Of a DNA stretch of 64,000 nt, positions 53,010 to 64,000 are shown in pieces. A program made the position numbers and the translations under genes. Under the pieces are notes generated by a model that did no database searches, was not told the DNA's origin, and was given only the letters and a program-made list of their open reading frames with translations. The DNA comes from Tubiluchus corallicola (lineage: Eukaryota > Animalia > Priapulida): assembly GCA_030141605.1 (NCBI GenBank), contig JAQGDQ010000429.1, positions 62,001 through 126,000 on the forward strand, in the 5' to 3' direction. The first letter of the stretch is position 1. Every line of letters starts with the position of its first letter.

Positions 53010-56000
53010 ATGAGTGGCAAACCGTCCGGTTTACGCCCGCCGTCGAAGTTGCCGTCAAAATCGACTAGTCCTACCGCAAGTGCTAAGCTCGCGGGTAAGT
53101 TATCCTGTAAACAGTTATTAGATTTTCGAAAAGAAATTTTACCTTCAATTAATTCCAGCAATTTTTTTAAAAATGTGACCAATTATTGAAAGGTCATTGA
53201 ACTTGGTGAGGATTATTAATAGATCAATGAAACTGATTGGCTATTTAGTACTGGTTAATCTCAATATTGATTGTAATAAGAAATCGCCTTGAAATCAAAT
53301 TGTAGGATCAATAATGCTCATGCATACATTTACTTGGCATATCAAATCTCTGGGACAGGGTAACATTAGCACGTGTGTAGTACATTTATTTTGAAATAGA
53401 CATCTAGAAATTCTACAAGCTGTTTGGGCCCCATAATCTTTGAGATATCTAGTTTAGCAATCTTTTCTCCAACTGCTAGAAAAGAGGTCCTTTGAAATTC
53501 CTTATAAAATTTCTGTCTAAATTTTTTTTTAGACTTTTATGCCTGTTTATTGCAGACTGTGCGTTTAGATTACCCCCAGAGTCTTTGTTTTATGCTTTTT
53601 TCGAAACCAATGTGCACGCTTTGAGGTCTGCTGAACTTGCAAGTCTAGACTGCTTGTACCCCATTGCTATTTTTATCAGTATAGTTTTACACGTGTGTGT
53701 TGTTTGTTTGTGCATGATTATGTGTGCATGTGTTGTGCAGATGCTGTGGCCACTAGTGCACGCAAGGCGGGTATGCCTCGTACAGCTGCAAACCAGTATG
53801 CCAACAGTGTGGTGGACAAATTACCAGGTATAATCATTTTATACTACAAAATGTATGCTTTATGTTAGATTTAAAGGAACACGGGATGATTTTTCATATA
53901 CTACTCCATTTTCAAGTCTGATAAAAAGTATACATTTTAACACAATTAATACTGCAAAAGTGTTTCTAAAAATTAAATTCTATATTTAAAACTTAATTAA
54001 CGCCAGTTCATGACATCACAAACTAACAGTTTTCAACAGCAAAAATGTTCCATGAGTGTGTTGCTCATCACAAACTAACACTTCTGAACTGAAAGGTACA
54101 GCACCTGTTTTTTGTGTAATGCGCTACCAAAATGCAGGCGCTAGTGGCGCAGACGTGAAATTGTGTTTGTATAGTAATAATTGTTTCACGTAAGTCATTT
54201 TTTAAAAAAATAGCATGTTTTCTTTCAATATTTTAAAGAGTAGATTGTTTTGACCTACAGTTTAAGATTGGGTCCGGTTTTTGGTTTAAGAAAATTATTT
54301 ACGCGGTCCCACAAGTTTGCTGGTACATAAAAGCCAGTTGTTGTCTCTCATAAAACCAATTTAGAATTTAAAGATTCTAGTAAGCAAATTTTGTCAATTA
54401 ATTAAATTGGATCTTACAATAATTAAACGTGATAAAAAATTAATACTACAAATGCGAAAATAATTAAGTTTTGATGCCAAATGTAAAAGACAGGCAATCT
54501 GGAAGAGTCAGGATACCGCCTGGATTTGAACCAGGATCATCAGCTTATGTTGCACTTTTGCTTACCACTGGAAATGCTGTATTTGGTTGGTCAGCTATAG
54601 GATGAACGCTGGACTGCCTTGTCTGTTGAAAGACTCGGTGGCTTTGTTGTTAAGGCATCTGCAATGTGAGCAGGAGGTGCCCGGTTCAAACCCAGACTGT
54701 ATCTATGCATTTCCACATTTCTTATCTTTCAAGTTATTACCAAAATTTAATTAATTTTGGATTGGTAACATCATCGATAATAATCCTGACATTAAAATTA
54801 CAATAATTAATGATAAATAGAATTGTTCACAGAATTATTTTAGTATTTCTCTCTCTATTTTCGCTTAAGCAACCTCTTATAGTTCATATAATTTTGTTCT
54901 TATGGCAGTTGAAACTATCTTAAATGCATTTCACTTTGGAACCTAGGTACAAAAAAATCAGTTTGTAGTAGGCGTTCCAAAGGCAGCTAGTACAGCGTGC
55001 ACGTCTGCCGTACATTTAAAAAACCGCTAGCTCCAACCGCATTCCTAGCATTGCAACACTTCATCAATCATACGTCCTATCAGCGGCAATCGACTGTAGT
55101 ACCTTATCTACAGTACTACTGTGTGCTCATGGAGACGTAGTATTTCAGTGGCTGCTGGAGTGGCGTATATCACAGACATCCAGAATGCGTTGTGCACCTG
55201 CAGAATAGCGGCGTATAAAAAATCAAGAGGGAATACTAACATTATTAACAGACATATAAATTCCTCCTACTGTCATGGGTTCAAATCCCAAATAGTCCGC
55301 AATTTTTCAGCTTTTCCTTTCTCCAATTCACAACCTGCAGTGGGTAATAATTGTTAAAAAGGAATCGCCATGGTTTATAGACACTCTTGCAATGATAGTC
55401 ATAATCTAATTAATTAATGATATCGAGAAAATTTGAGAAGAGTGCTGATAACGTAAGTAACCCCCTACTGACATTGCTGTTGGATTATAAATAGAGGAAC
55501 ATTTTGGTAATTGTTTACTATTGAGATTTTATCTAGTCCTAAATTATGTAAAGAAAATTTCCAGCTTGCATAAATAAAATCCATGATGTATAGAAATATG
55601 AAAGTGCCAAAATAAACAGAAGCTATGAAAAAACTGCTAAAAACATTAATCTAAAATTTCATAGGTAATTTTCAAATCACATATTATTTATATAGTTCTT
55701 GCTTATATTTATTTGCCAGCAAACGTTGCATGGTTGTACCTGATAATGATGTTGGTTATGGGTAACCTGCTGTTTTAGCTTTAAATTTAAAATTTTCACC
55801 AGAATTCTAGTTTTGCTGTTGTTTGAAGTTCTTTCAAAGTGGATTTCCCATATTGTACTATAGCAATCCGAAATCTACAAGATTTATACTTTCCGGTCTG
55901 CCATTTCAGGTCATAAAGCATTGCTTTAAAAATGTAAATTATTACTACTTCATTGAATGAATAAATTGTGAGCGATATTTTTAAACTCTAGCGGCATTGT

Positions 56001-59000
56001 TATTTCTTGCACATCTAATGTTTGTGAATTTTTACTGCCTTGAGATACTAACGTGTCTGCATGTGTCAGTTAATTAACAATCACGTCATTAATCAGCATT
56101 ATTAAGTCAAATAATCACCAGTTGCACCAAGACACTTCATCAACAGTATTTTACCTGGCAGTGAAATTTTATTTTTATAAATTGTAATTGAAATTACATA
56201 TTCTAAAAAATGTTTATGATAGGTGTATTGTAATACTGTTAGCACCATTCGTTTGTTTAAAGAATAAAGGGCATAATTCACCAATGACGGCTTACGGCTT
56301 GTTCACAATAGAGAGTTTTCGCTGAGAGTTCTCGTAATAAATAGAGCTTGCCTGCAAGAAACTCATGAGAGAACTCTCAGCACCTGTAGGACAGTTTGCA
56401 ATAACTTGTCGAGAGAACTTGCCAAACTGTTCACACTTGCGAGTTTACTCTCAGACAGAACTCCAGAGGGAAGATTCTCTAGTAAGAATGCGCCGTAAGT
56501 TATCAACAGATGCTAAATCTATTCACCTGTTTGACAGAATGCTTTTGCTACTTTTAGCTGCTGATTCTGATGGCACGACTCCAACTGAGGATTATTTTGT
56601 TGGCAACAGAGTATATGTTGGTGGTACGAAACCAGGCTACATTGCCTACCTCGGTGAGACAAAGTTTGCACCCGGTGACTGGGCAGGTATTGTATTAGAT
56701 GAACCAATAGGTAAAAATAATGGTACGGTAGCTGGCGTGCAGTACTTTCAGTGCGAACCCAAGCGGGGCGTGTTTTCTCGAACAAGCAAGTTAACTCGTG
56801 AACCGGTGTTAGATAGTGGCGATGCAGCTACGGTTGCGAACGCCAGGACGACGGTTTCGAAATCACAAACTGAGACGAACTCGGCTGCCGGTGATAGTGC
56901 AAAGCCTGCCGTAAAACCTACTCCCAAAAGTGCAGCTGCTAAAGGTGGCCTGCAACGAGCTTCGTCTAATGCGAGTTTGAACTCTGAAAGTGATGATCGT
57001 AAAGCTAATCTGCAAGTGGACGATAGAGTGCTGGTCAGCGGTACTAAAATTGGAACTTTGCGCTACATCGGCACTACAGACTTTGCCAAGGGGGAATGGT
57101 GTGGGGTTGAACTAGATGACCCATTAGGCAAAAATGATGGTAGTGTTGCCGGAAAGAGGTAATAAATCTGTTTATTTTCTCACTTTTCGTCTTTATTGGT
57201 GTGTTTCGCTAATTCATCCTTGAATAGTGACCTTCAATGTGGTAGAATTATATAATTAGAATAAAATTACATTTGCACACAAGAACGTCAGCATTGTGCA
57301 GGTGTTAGAAATGCCTTTTTTTGAGAATCAGTTAAGTCTTTTAGATGAAGGGCACCATAATTTATCTGCAAAGTGAGTTGTTACTTGTTAGCCTGTCAGG
57401 TTGTAACAGGTACACACTGGCATTTGTCATGTGGAAACTTGATATTTATGAATAATAGCCACAGAGCGCAAGTATGTGATTCAGACGTCTTTTTGTCAGA
57501 GGTAGATTGAGGATCTCGCAGGGCCTAAATGTATATAGGCTATGGACAACCATACATCCAATTGTGCTATACTGCTGATTCCGGAATTTATTCACACGGA
57601 ATATTTCAGTCCGAATCTTATTTATGTGATTAATCATTAGTTCAAAAATAAACTCATGTACAGATCAGATTGTCATTTATCTTGTGATAAACTATTAAAA
57701 AGTAAAGTTGTTCTTTATTTTTTGTGTGGACTTATTAACAGCTTTTATCATTAGTCGTACCAATGAGAAATGTTCATGTTTGTCCTGCTTTTTGCCTGGG
57801 TTAACCAAAAGCCGAGTTGTTGTTCGTCACTCAGAAATGGTGATTCTAAAGCATTGGACAATAATAAATATGCTGCACATGTCTAAATGTCCTACTCTGA
57901 GAAAGGTCAAATTCTCTTATCTAAATGGCATATGTGTCCAAGTAACCGGTGTGCAAAACAGACAGTCCCATGTTCATTTTATATAATTTATTTATCCTGT
58001 TTATTAAATAGAATTACCTGATTAATTGGTCGTCAGTTTCAGGACTCCGAGGGCCTGTCTAAATTTAGGCCCTAAGCCTTTTTAACCTAATGATTAATCT
58101 GCCCCTGCTTTTTATTACTGTAATTTTATACTTTTATCTGGTGCAGTGTATTAGCAGAGGAGTTTAACAAATGACAACTCCTCATTTAGTTGTAAAAACT
58201 CCCAGATTTTGCTTGCATTGTTGCTTTTCAAGTTTATTGATATTGTATTGTTACATTTCAAATGGATAGCTTCTAATCTACTGTTTCTAAAATGTACTCA
58301 TTTTAATTTAGGTATTTTCAGTGCAAGTTGAAGTATGGTTTATTTGCTCCGACCCACAAAGTCGTTCGCCTCGCCCGGCCTCCGCCTCAAGTAAAGCCAT
58401 TGACGAAACAGTCTCTCGTGAGTCATAGCGGCTTGCGTCGCTCTCGAAGCGGCAGTCACGAATCCGTCAACACCATCAGCTCGACATCGTCGCGTGGGCG
58501 GGTAAGATTGGGTGTGACCTCACTAACCAGCCAGGTACTTGTCACTGGATTGCATAGTCTAACCACGGGACTGGGCAGAGTTGCAGCTTGTTCACGACAC
58601 AGTGTTTCCCCCGTACTGGAAAAATGTTGTTTTACAAAATTTTGCTTTTCCAGTTTATTCTTTATTGCATCTTGCCAGTCAAATTAGGCCTATGCATTGC
58701 ATTTTGGAACAAAACTCAGAAAGACACCGAATAAATTTTAAATTTTATCAGCATTCTCTTCTTTCTTGTTTATTTGATTGCTTGGGTTTTTTGAAAGCTG
58801 CATTATCTGCTCTCTGTCTCTTGTTTAACTGTTTACTCCGTAGCTATTGGTGCATTTTGTTTTTGTTTCTTTGGTGAAAGAGCTTGTCTCTCGGGAAGGC
58901 TGTTTTGCCTACTTAGTCATAGTGCTGAATACCTTTTGTAAAAAACTTCTTGATTAGTTTAGTTAACATTTTGTGCTTGAATTGGCACTTCCCAAAGTTA

Positions 59001-62000
59001 CCTTCGATTACCGTTCCACGCTTTCTTAGATGTGTTTCATTCTGTGCTTACTGGTTTGCTTTTTAGTTGGTGAAGAGTCGGCATGTTCAAATAGGGCAAT
59101 TTTTCAAACAGGTTATTAATTAATGCATACAGTGCAAAAGCACAACTTATAATCTAACAATGCATAAACCGTCCCGTACACTATATTTGTTGATTCATTC
59201 TGTATTATAAATTATCTTTAACCGAGATTCATTAGGTATGTGTACACGTGTATGAAATATGCACTTTGTACAGTGATGGTACGTGTGATTGCTTTGCATT
59301 CAGTAAGCTTGAAATGTACAGGACATCTCCCAGATTTTTGTGTCAAAGTTAAAATCAATAAAATTGGTCTGTGCATTGTTGCATATTGGATTCATAATGT
59401 ATCATCTGAGCAATTACTTCACTTGCTAGAGCATCGCACATTTTGTTGCCACCCATTATGGTTATGCAGATGCCTCTGTATGCCTTTAGAAATCAATGTG
59501 TTTGTGTGATTTTTTTACATGAAAGTAATAGGTTTTTGTTGTTTTTAGGCGTCTCCAAAGTCTGGTCAAAGAACAACAGCTCAGAATCTCCAAGCTACCC
59601 ACAATGCTTTGCTGAATACTTTGAAAGAAAAAGAGCAACACATTGAGCAGCTGTTAAATGAACGGGATGCGGAACGAGCAGAAATCGCACGAACTGCATC
59701 CAAATTGGAAGAGGTATATTTGACGTATCTACTGTTTTATCGTCTCAAGCTACCTTAATTTTTTTATATGCAAGTCACTTCAAACAGGGCCCGCGACTAC
59801 TACAGCAAGGATTCACAAGAGAGAGTAGCGGAAACGTGAATATAGATCCAGAAAAACAGAATTCTTACACCTAATTTATCACAGTTGGGAGACGTTAAAA
59901 TGTATTTGCATCATAGAGTGTGGTGAGAAAGTGTACATCTGTCTTGCATGTTTACAGTATTTTTTTGCTCTACTGTAAGTTTTTAGTGTTCAAATGTTCA
60001 CATCACACCTGCGTCTTCTTGTTGATTTGTTGAAAGTCAATCAATATTAGCGTCAGTAAAATTAGCAGAAATTGGCCATTGCTTTAGTTGCAATCTGTTG
60101 CTCTTTGTTTTACTCAGGTAACTCTTATTTGCAAAACTTTGGTGTAGCTCATTTGGCCGTAGGCCTAAAATCATGAAATTCACTGTCTGGACTATTGTAC
60201 CATTATTCCACATTGCCCCAAATATGTGAATTTTGGATTGCATATTTACATATTTCCAATGTGAACAAGGCATGTATTGATTTTACAAACCATGTTTTGT
60301 AGTGTGGTCGCTTAAATATGCTATATAAATATTATTTATAAATATTCTATATCTCACGTACAACTAGTTTATCCGAGCAATATTAAATAAATGTAGCTGA
60401 TTTGCTTTAGCCTCAAACCAGGTTCCGCATTATTCTATAGCAAGTATAGGCTGTATCTTAGGGTCTCTCAGGCTTGGGGGCTCTCAAGCTATAGTAACAT
60501 TTGGTAAAAAAATCTGTTTTTCACTACGGTTGTGTTGAAATAAATGCTAATTTGGTTTACAATAAATAGTAAAATCATGATATTTCTTAATATTTAGTGA
60601 TGAACAAAAGATAGCTGTTCTAGTCTATTTAAAGCATTTGCAATAAGTTTACTTCAAACTATGTAAATGTTGCTAAAATATATCACGAGTAAAATATTTA
60701 AGATGGGTGCAAGTGAGTTAGAAGGTGACTTTGTCTGAGAAGAGCCATAATTTCATTTGCCTAGAGTGTCATAATCCCTCTGCATGTAATGGGATATTAA
60801 GCCTGTATACTAATAATTTGTAATTTGTGTAACATAACAAAAAAGTACCTAAAGTTATTTTAGTAATTCTTTTATTACTTTTTTGTGTAGTGTCGGTTTC
60901 TTTTTGAAACTCTTATAGGTAGAGCAAAAAATGGTCGAAATACAGCTGGAGAACCGAAGATCCAATGAGGAAATGACGGACATCGTTAGTAAGTTAGAGA
61001 TGGAATTAACGGGGTGTCAAAACGAAAAACAATTGTTAGAATCCCAACTACAGGAAGAGCGAGCGTGAGTGTGTCTTGTAGATACTATTTACAAAGAAAT
61101 GGTCTTTTCTGTAAAAAAAACTATTTGTTCTTAACTATAGTGACACTGCTACTAGATATGTACATATAAGATGTTTAAACTAATATCTTCCAGCACTGTT
61201 TTAAACTCTGTGTCTATACATCTTTCTTTATTTATTTCTTTGCCTATAGTTTCAATGTTTTTTCATACTCTTTCTTCCTTTCTTCACATACCCGTGATGC
61301 TTTACACAAATATATTTACTTCTCTAGTACCCCATTTATATACTTAATTATTTAAGGTTCCAGTTTCGTTATACAATGTCATTGCTGTTCAAATGTATGT
61401 AATTTTGTAGGTCTAATAAACTTATAACTTATGTATGTGTACAAGTGATAGATAGTGCATTGTTCAAATGTATGTAATTTTGTGGGTCTAATAAACTTAT
61501 AACTTATGTATGTGTACAATAATGGATAGTGCATTTCATCAATGCATACCTAGATAACAAAAACTTAGTTATACAAGTTACCATGTTCTTTCAGCTATGT
61601 AGTAGTTAACTAGTTTTTACCAAATTAAATATTTGCACATGGGAAGGCATTATGTAGTTATGTAAATGTACATTGTTCTTTCAGAAAAACTGAAGATTTA
61701 CAATTCCGAATAGAAGAAATGGCTCTCAATAAAGGCGACGTAGATGTAAGATATTTTTCATATGTACAGATTAAACCAGTCCAATATTTTTCATCAGTTT
61801 GTTTAGTTATTGAATTAACTGTGATTTTGTCTTATCAGCTGTCATGTTGATTTGAAATCTATTTCTGTTACTTTCTCATTTTTCTTTTGAACTTTTTTGT
61901 TCTAACATAATCATTTTCTGATCTCGTTTTTACTTTCACTTTCAAACTTTCTGCAGAGGTTAATAACAAGGTCGTGTCATGCCGAAACTGTTTTATGATG

Positions 62001-63821
62001 AAATGCTACCTGTTTAGTTTATTTAAAAGAGTTCCATTACAGTAATATGTTTTAGGTTGTTGCTAATATCGAGAAGTTGTCTGCGTTGGAAGTAGAATTG
62101 CAAAAGTCAAAGTTGCAGTGTCAAGAACTAGAACATAATCTTGCTGAACTGCAGGTATACATTTTTGAACAAATGCAGTTTAAAGGAAAGAACAAATTAC
62201 TTAACCAACATTCACTTGAAAATTATGACAAAACTGGTGGACATCATGACCTTTCGTAAGAGCATCATGGCTTTCTGTAAGCACTGGCTGCTTAAACTGA
62301 TTCAGACTTCTGCAGCTTACCTATTGTTAATGCAAAAATATTGCAAAATCTAATTCTTTGTAAAACTTATTATACTCGTACTTTTGGTGGAAATTGACAG
62401 TGTGCTACGTTTCTTCGCCAATGAACAAATGTCACTGGTGAAAGAATGGGTGTTCAAAATGGGAATACTGAAGTGTGAAATGATTGTGACTTAAAAGTGA
62501 TTTTAGTAATGTCATAAGACAATTATCACTCTTTTAGTACTTAATCCTTTTAACATTTTTCACAAATATTGACATAAGCCTAACTTCCCCGAAGGCTTAG
62601 CATTTCTTTTTCTTTTAAGTGATATTTAAAACTACAAATAATGTCAACATCAATGTAGAATTTTAATAAAATTTTAAATCATTATTTTCTAAGGAATAAA
62701 GTTCCTTGATGTGATGAATGTTATGAACAGTGGTTACTCAGAAACTGATCCAACATTGTTGTAGTTTTTGGTAGGATTCGCTTTAACGTTTTTTTTATGT
62801 TTCAAACAACAGCAAGGCTTGCAATTAGAAAAAGATAAAGCAAGGCTATTTCAAGAGACTTCACAAGAGTATTTAGAAAAGGTGAGTCATTAGTTCAATC
62901 TTATATTAACATATTGACACGCTGATAGCATTTATCGTCCATCATTGTGACTCGATAAAATCACAAGTGTGTCATTTTTCCCATCCTTTTATAAAAAGTT
63001 TTATATTGAACATAGAACAGGTGCATGAACAGAAACTGCAAATGAATAAAAATACTTTGTGAAAACATTTTTGAGCAGTTGCTGCTTGATTGGTAGGCCA
63101 GATCAGTTAGTTAGTTATTGAAACAGTCATTTAAACGCTGAACTGTTTTATTTAGTTAGTGAATAAGTTTCATTTTATTGTTTATCATTTGATTCATTTA
63201 GTTAGAGAATCTTTGAGGCAGTATGCACGGTATAATTACGTTGCCTGTAGTTTTACATTAATTTTGTGCAGCATACTTCACTTTGCCATTGTGCTGTTGC
63301 TAAAGCTAATTATACTGTGTTTTTAATCTGTATTATATGCAATGAGAGGAGGCAAAAGAAATTTTTGCTCATAAAGGGATAAGGTCTCTGGTGGTTGGTT
63401 GTTCAACCTCTTCCAAATCCATCTGCTATGCGACGGTGGTAAAGTCAAGTCACGGGTCCTTTTGCCAGGACGGGAAAGATTGTTTGCAACTAACCATTTT
63501 ATTATTGTTTTAAATGTGTAAAAGATGACTGAAAAAATATTGTAAAAAAATTTAATGTTTTTTTCACAATCTTAAGAGCATTTTTGCATCACAATAGTAG
63601 TTGCTTTGATACTTTTTTAGGTTGAAAAGCTGACTGTGGATTTGGAAGAGAAATCAGTGGAACTGAGCAACTTGCAAGCGTTGCAGTCTGATGATGCAGC
63701 AAAGAATGATCAAGCTATTGCGGAATTGACACAAAGCGTTGCCAGCATGTCTGAAGTAGCAAAACAGTTGCAGGCGGAGTTAGAAAGAAATGAACAACTT
63801 CAGAATCAGTTGATAGAAGCA
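53010..63821 (+). CDS. CLIP1: CAP-Gly domain-containing linker protein (CLIP-170/CLIP-190-like), 5' part; gene continues beyond the window
   Basis: Exons 53010-53094, 53741-53827 (possible cassette), 56558-57158, 58312-58534, 59549-59713, 60919-61064, 61685-61745, 62056-62154, 62813-62881, 63621-63821; phases consistent. N-terminus MSGKPSGLRPPSK; two CAP-Gly domains (GETKFAPGDWAG...GKNNG and GTTDFAKGEWCG...GKNDG); Ser-rich linker; coiled coil with LKEKEQHIEQLLNERDAERAE and KTEDLQFRIEE. Confidence 0.93.
53875..54285 (+). mobile_element. Kolobok-like (TTAA TSD) MITE, copy C, in a CLIP1 intron
   Basis: ttaa|aggaacacggga ... gggtccggtttttggt|ttaa; colinear with 38307-38665. Confidence 0.78.
54455..54760. 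mobile_element. Fold-back element made of two divergent tRNA-derived arms
   Basis: Right arm has A-box-like ggtggctttgttg and B-box ggttcaaaccc (about 54683). Left arm carries the complement ggatttgaacc (about 54522). The arms are imperfect inverted repeats out to aataattaagttttg / caaaatttaattaatt. Confidence 0.6.
60419..60786 (-). mobile_element. Degenerate hAT-like MITE, inverted homologue of 6338-6736
   Basis: For example ctctcaagct..gtaacatttggtaaaaaaatctgtttttcactacggtt is the complement of about 6620-6670. Confidence 0.65.
61386..61535. repeat. About 75-bp tandem duplication in a CLIP1 intron
   Basis: tgttcaaatgtatgtaattttgt.ggtctaataaacttataacttatgtatgtgtacaa...gatagtgcat occurs twice. 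Confidence 0.9.
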
Positions 63822-64000
63822 GTGAGTTCATCTACAGTAGATCTCTGATTATTATTTGCCTTTAGTAAAAGAAACAAAACATTTCACGGGGTGCTTTCCA
63901 CATTGTCAATTGTAAACAAGTGTAAGTCAAAATCTTCAACAATTGATATGATCATATACTAAAGCAATAAGGAAAATCTTTGGGATTAACACCCTTGGCT

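Noticed and set aside
56365-56557. N-terminal 64 aa of the 265-aa CAP-Gly ORF
   Set aside because: Intronic read-through, partly over a repeat remnant with gttcaca and gagaactc motifs; the exon begins at acceptor 56558.

Overview
AT-rich, intron-rich genomic DNA from an animal, most likely an invertebrate; the taxon cannot be determined from this window. Most entries in the ORF track are noise or single exons, so I rebuilt gene models by hand from GT-AG boundaries and checked reading phase. Five protein-coding genes result: a divergent MyD88-like adaptor (minus, 449 aa), mitochondrial 2-Cys peroxiredoxin PRDX3 (plus, 230 aa), Elongin B (minus, 118 aa), an MZB1/pERp1-like ER protein (plus, 200 aa) and the 5' part of a CLIP-170/CLIP1-like CAP-Gly protein (plus, runs off the window). 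Non-coding DNA holds many non-autonomous elements identified by terminal repeats and target-site duplications (TSDs): Ginger-like, hAT, Kolobok-like and Tigger-like MITEs, two solo LTRs, decayed LINEs and fold-back tRNA-derived elements. There are no prokaryotic systems such as CRISPR or operons. The strongest leads are a MyD88 lacking the BB-loop Pro-Gly but carrying a polybasic C-terminal extension, an intact homologue of a B-cell chaperone in an apparent invertebrate, palindromic twin-tRNA elements and a structured GC-rich segment at the left edge. I found no clear-cut new biological system. All family assignments are from motif recognition, with no database searches.
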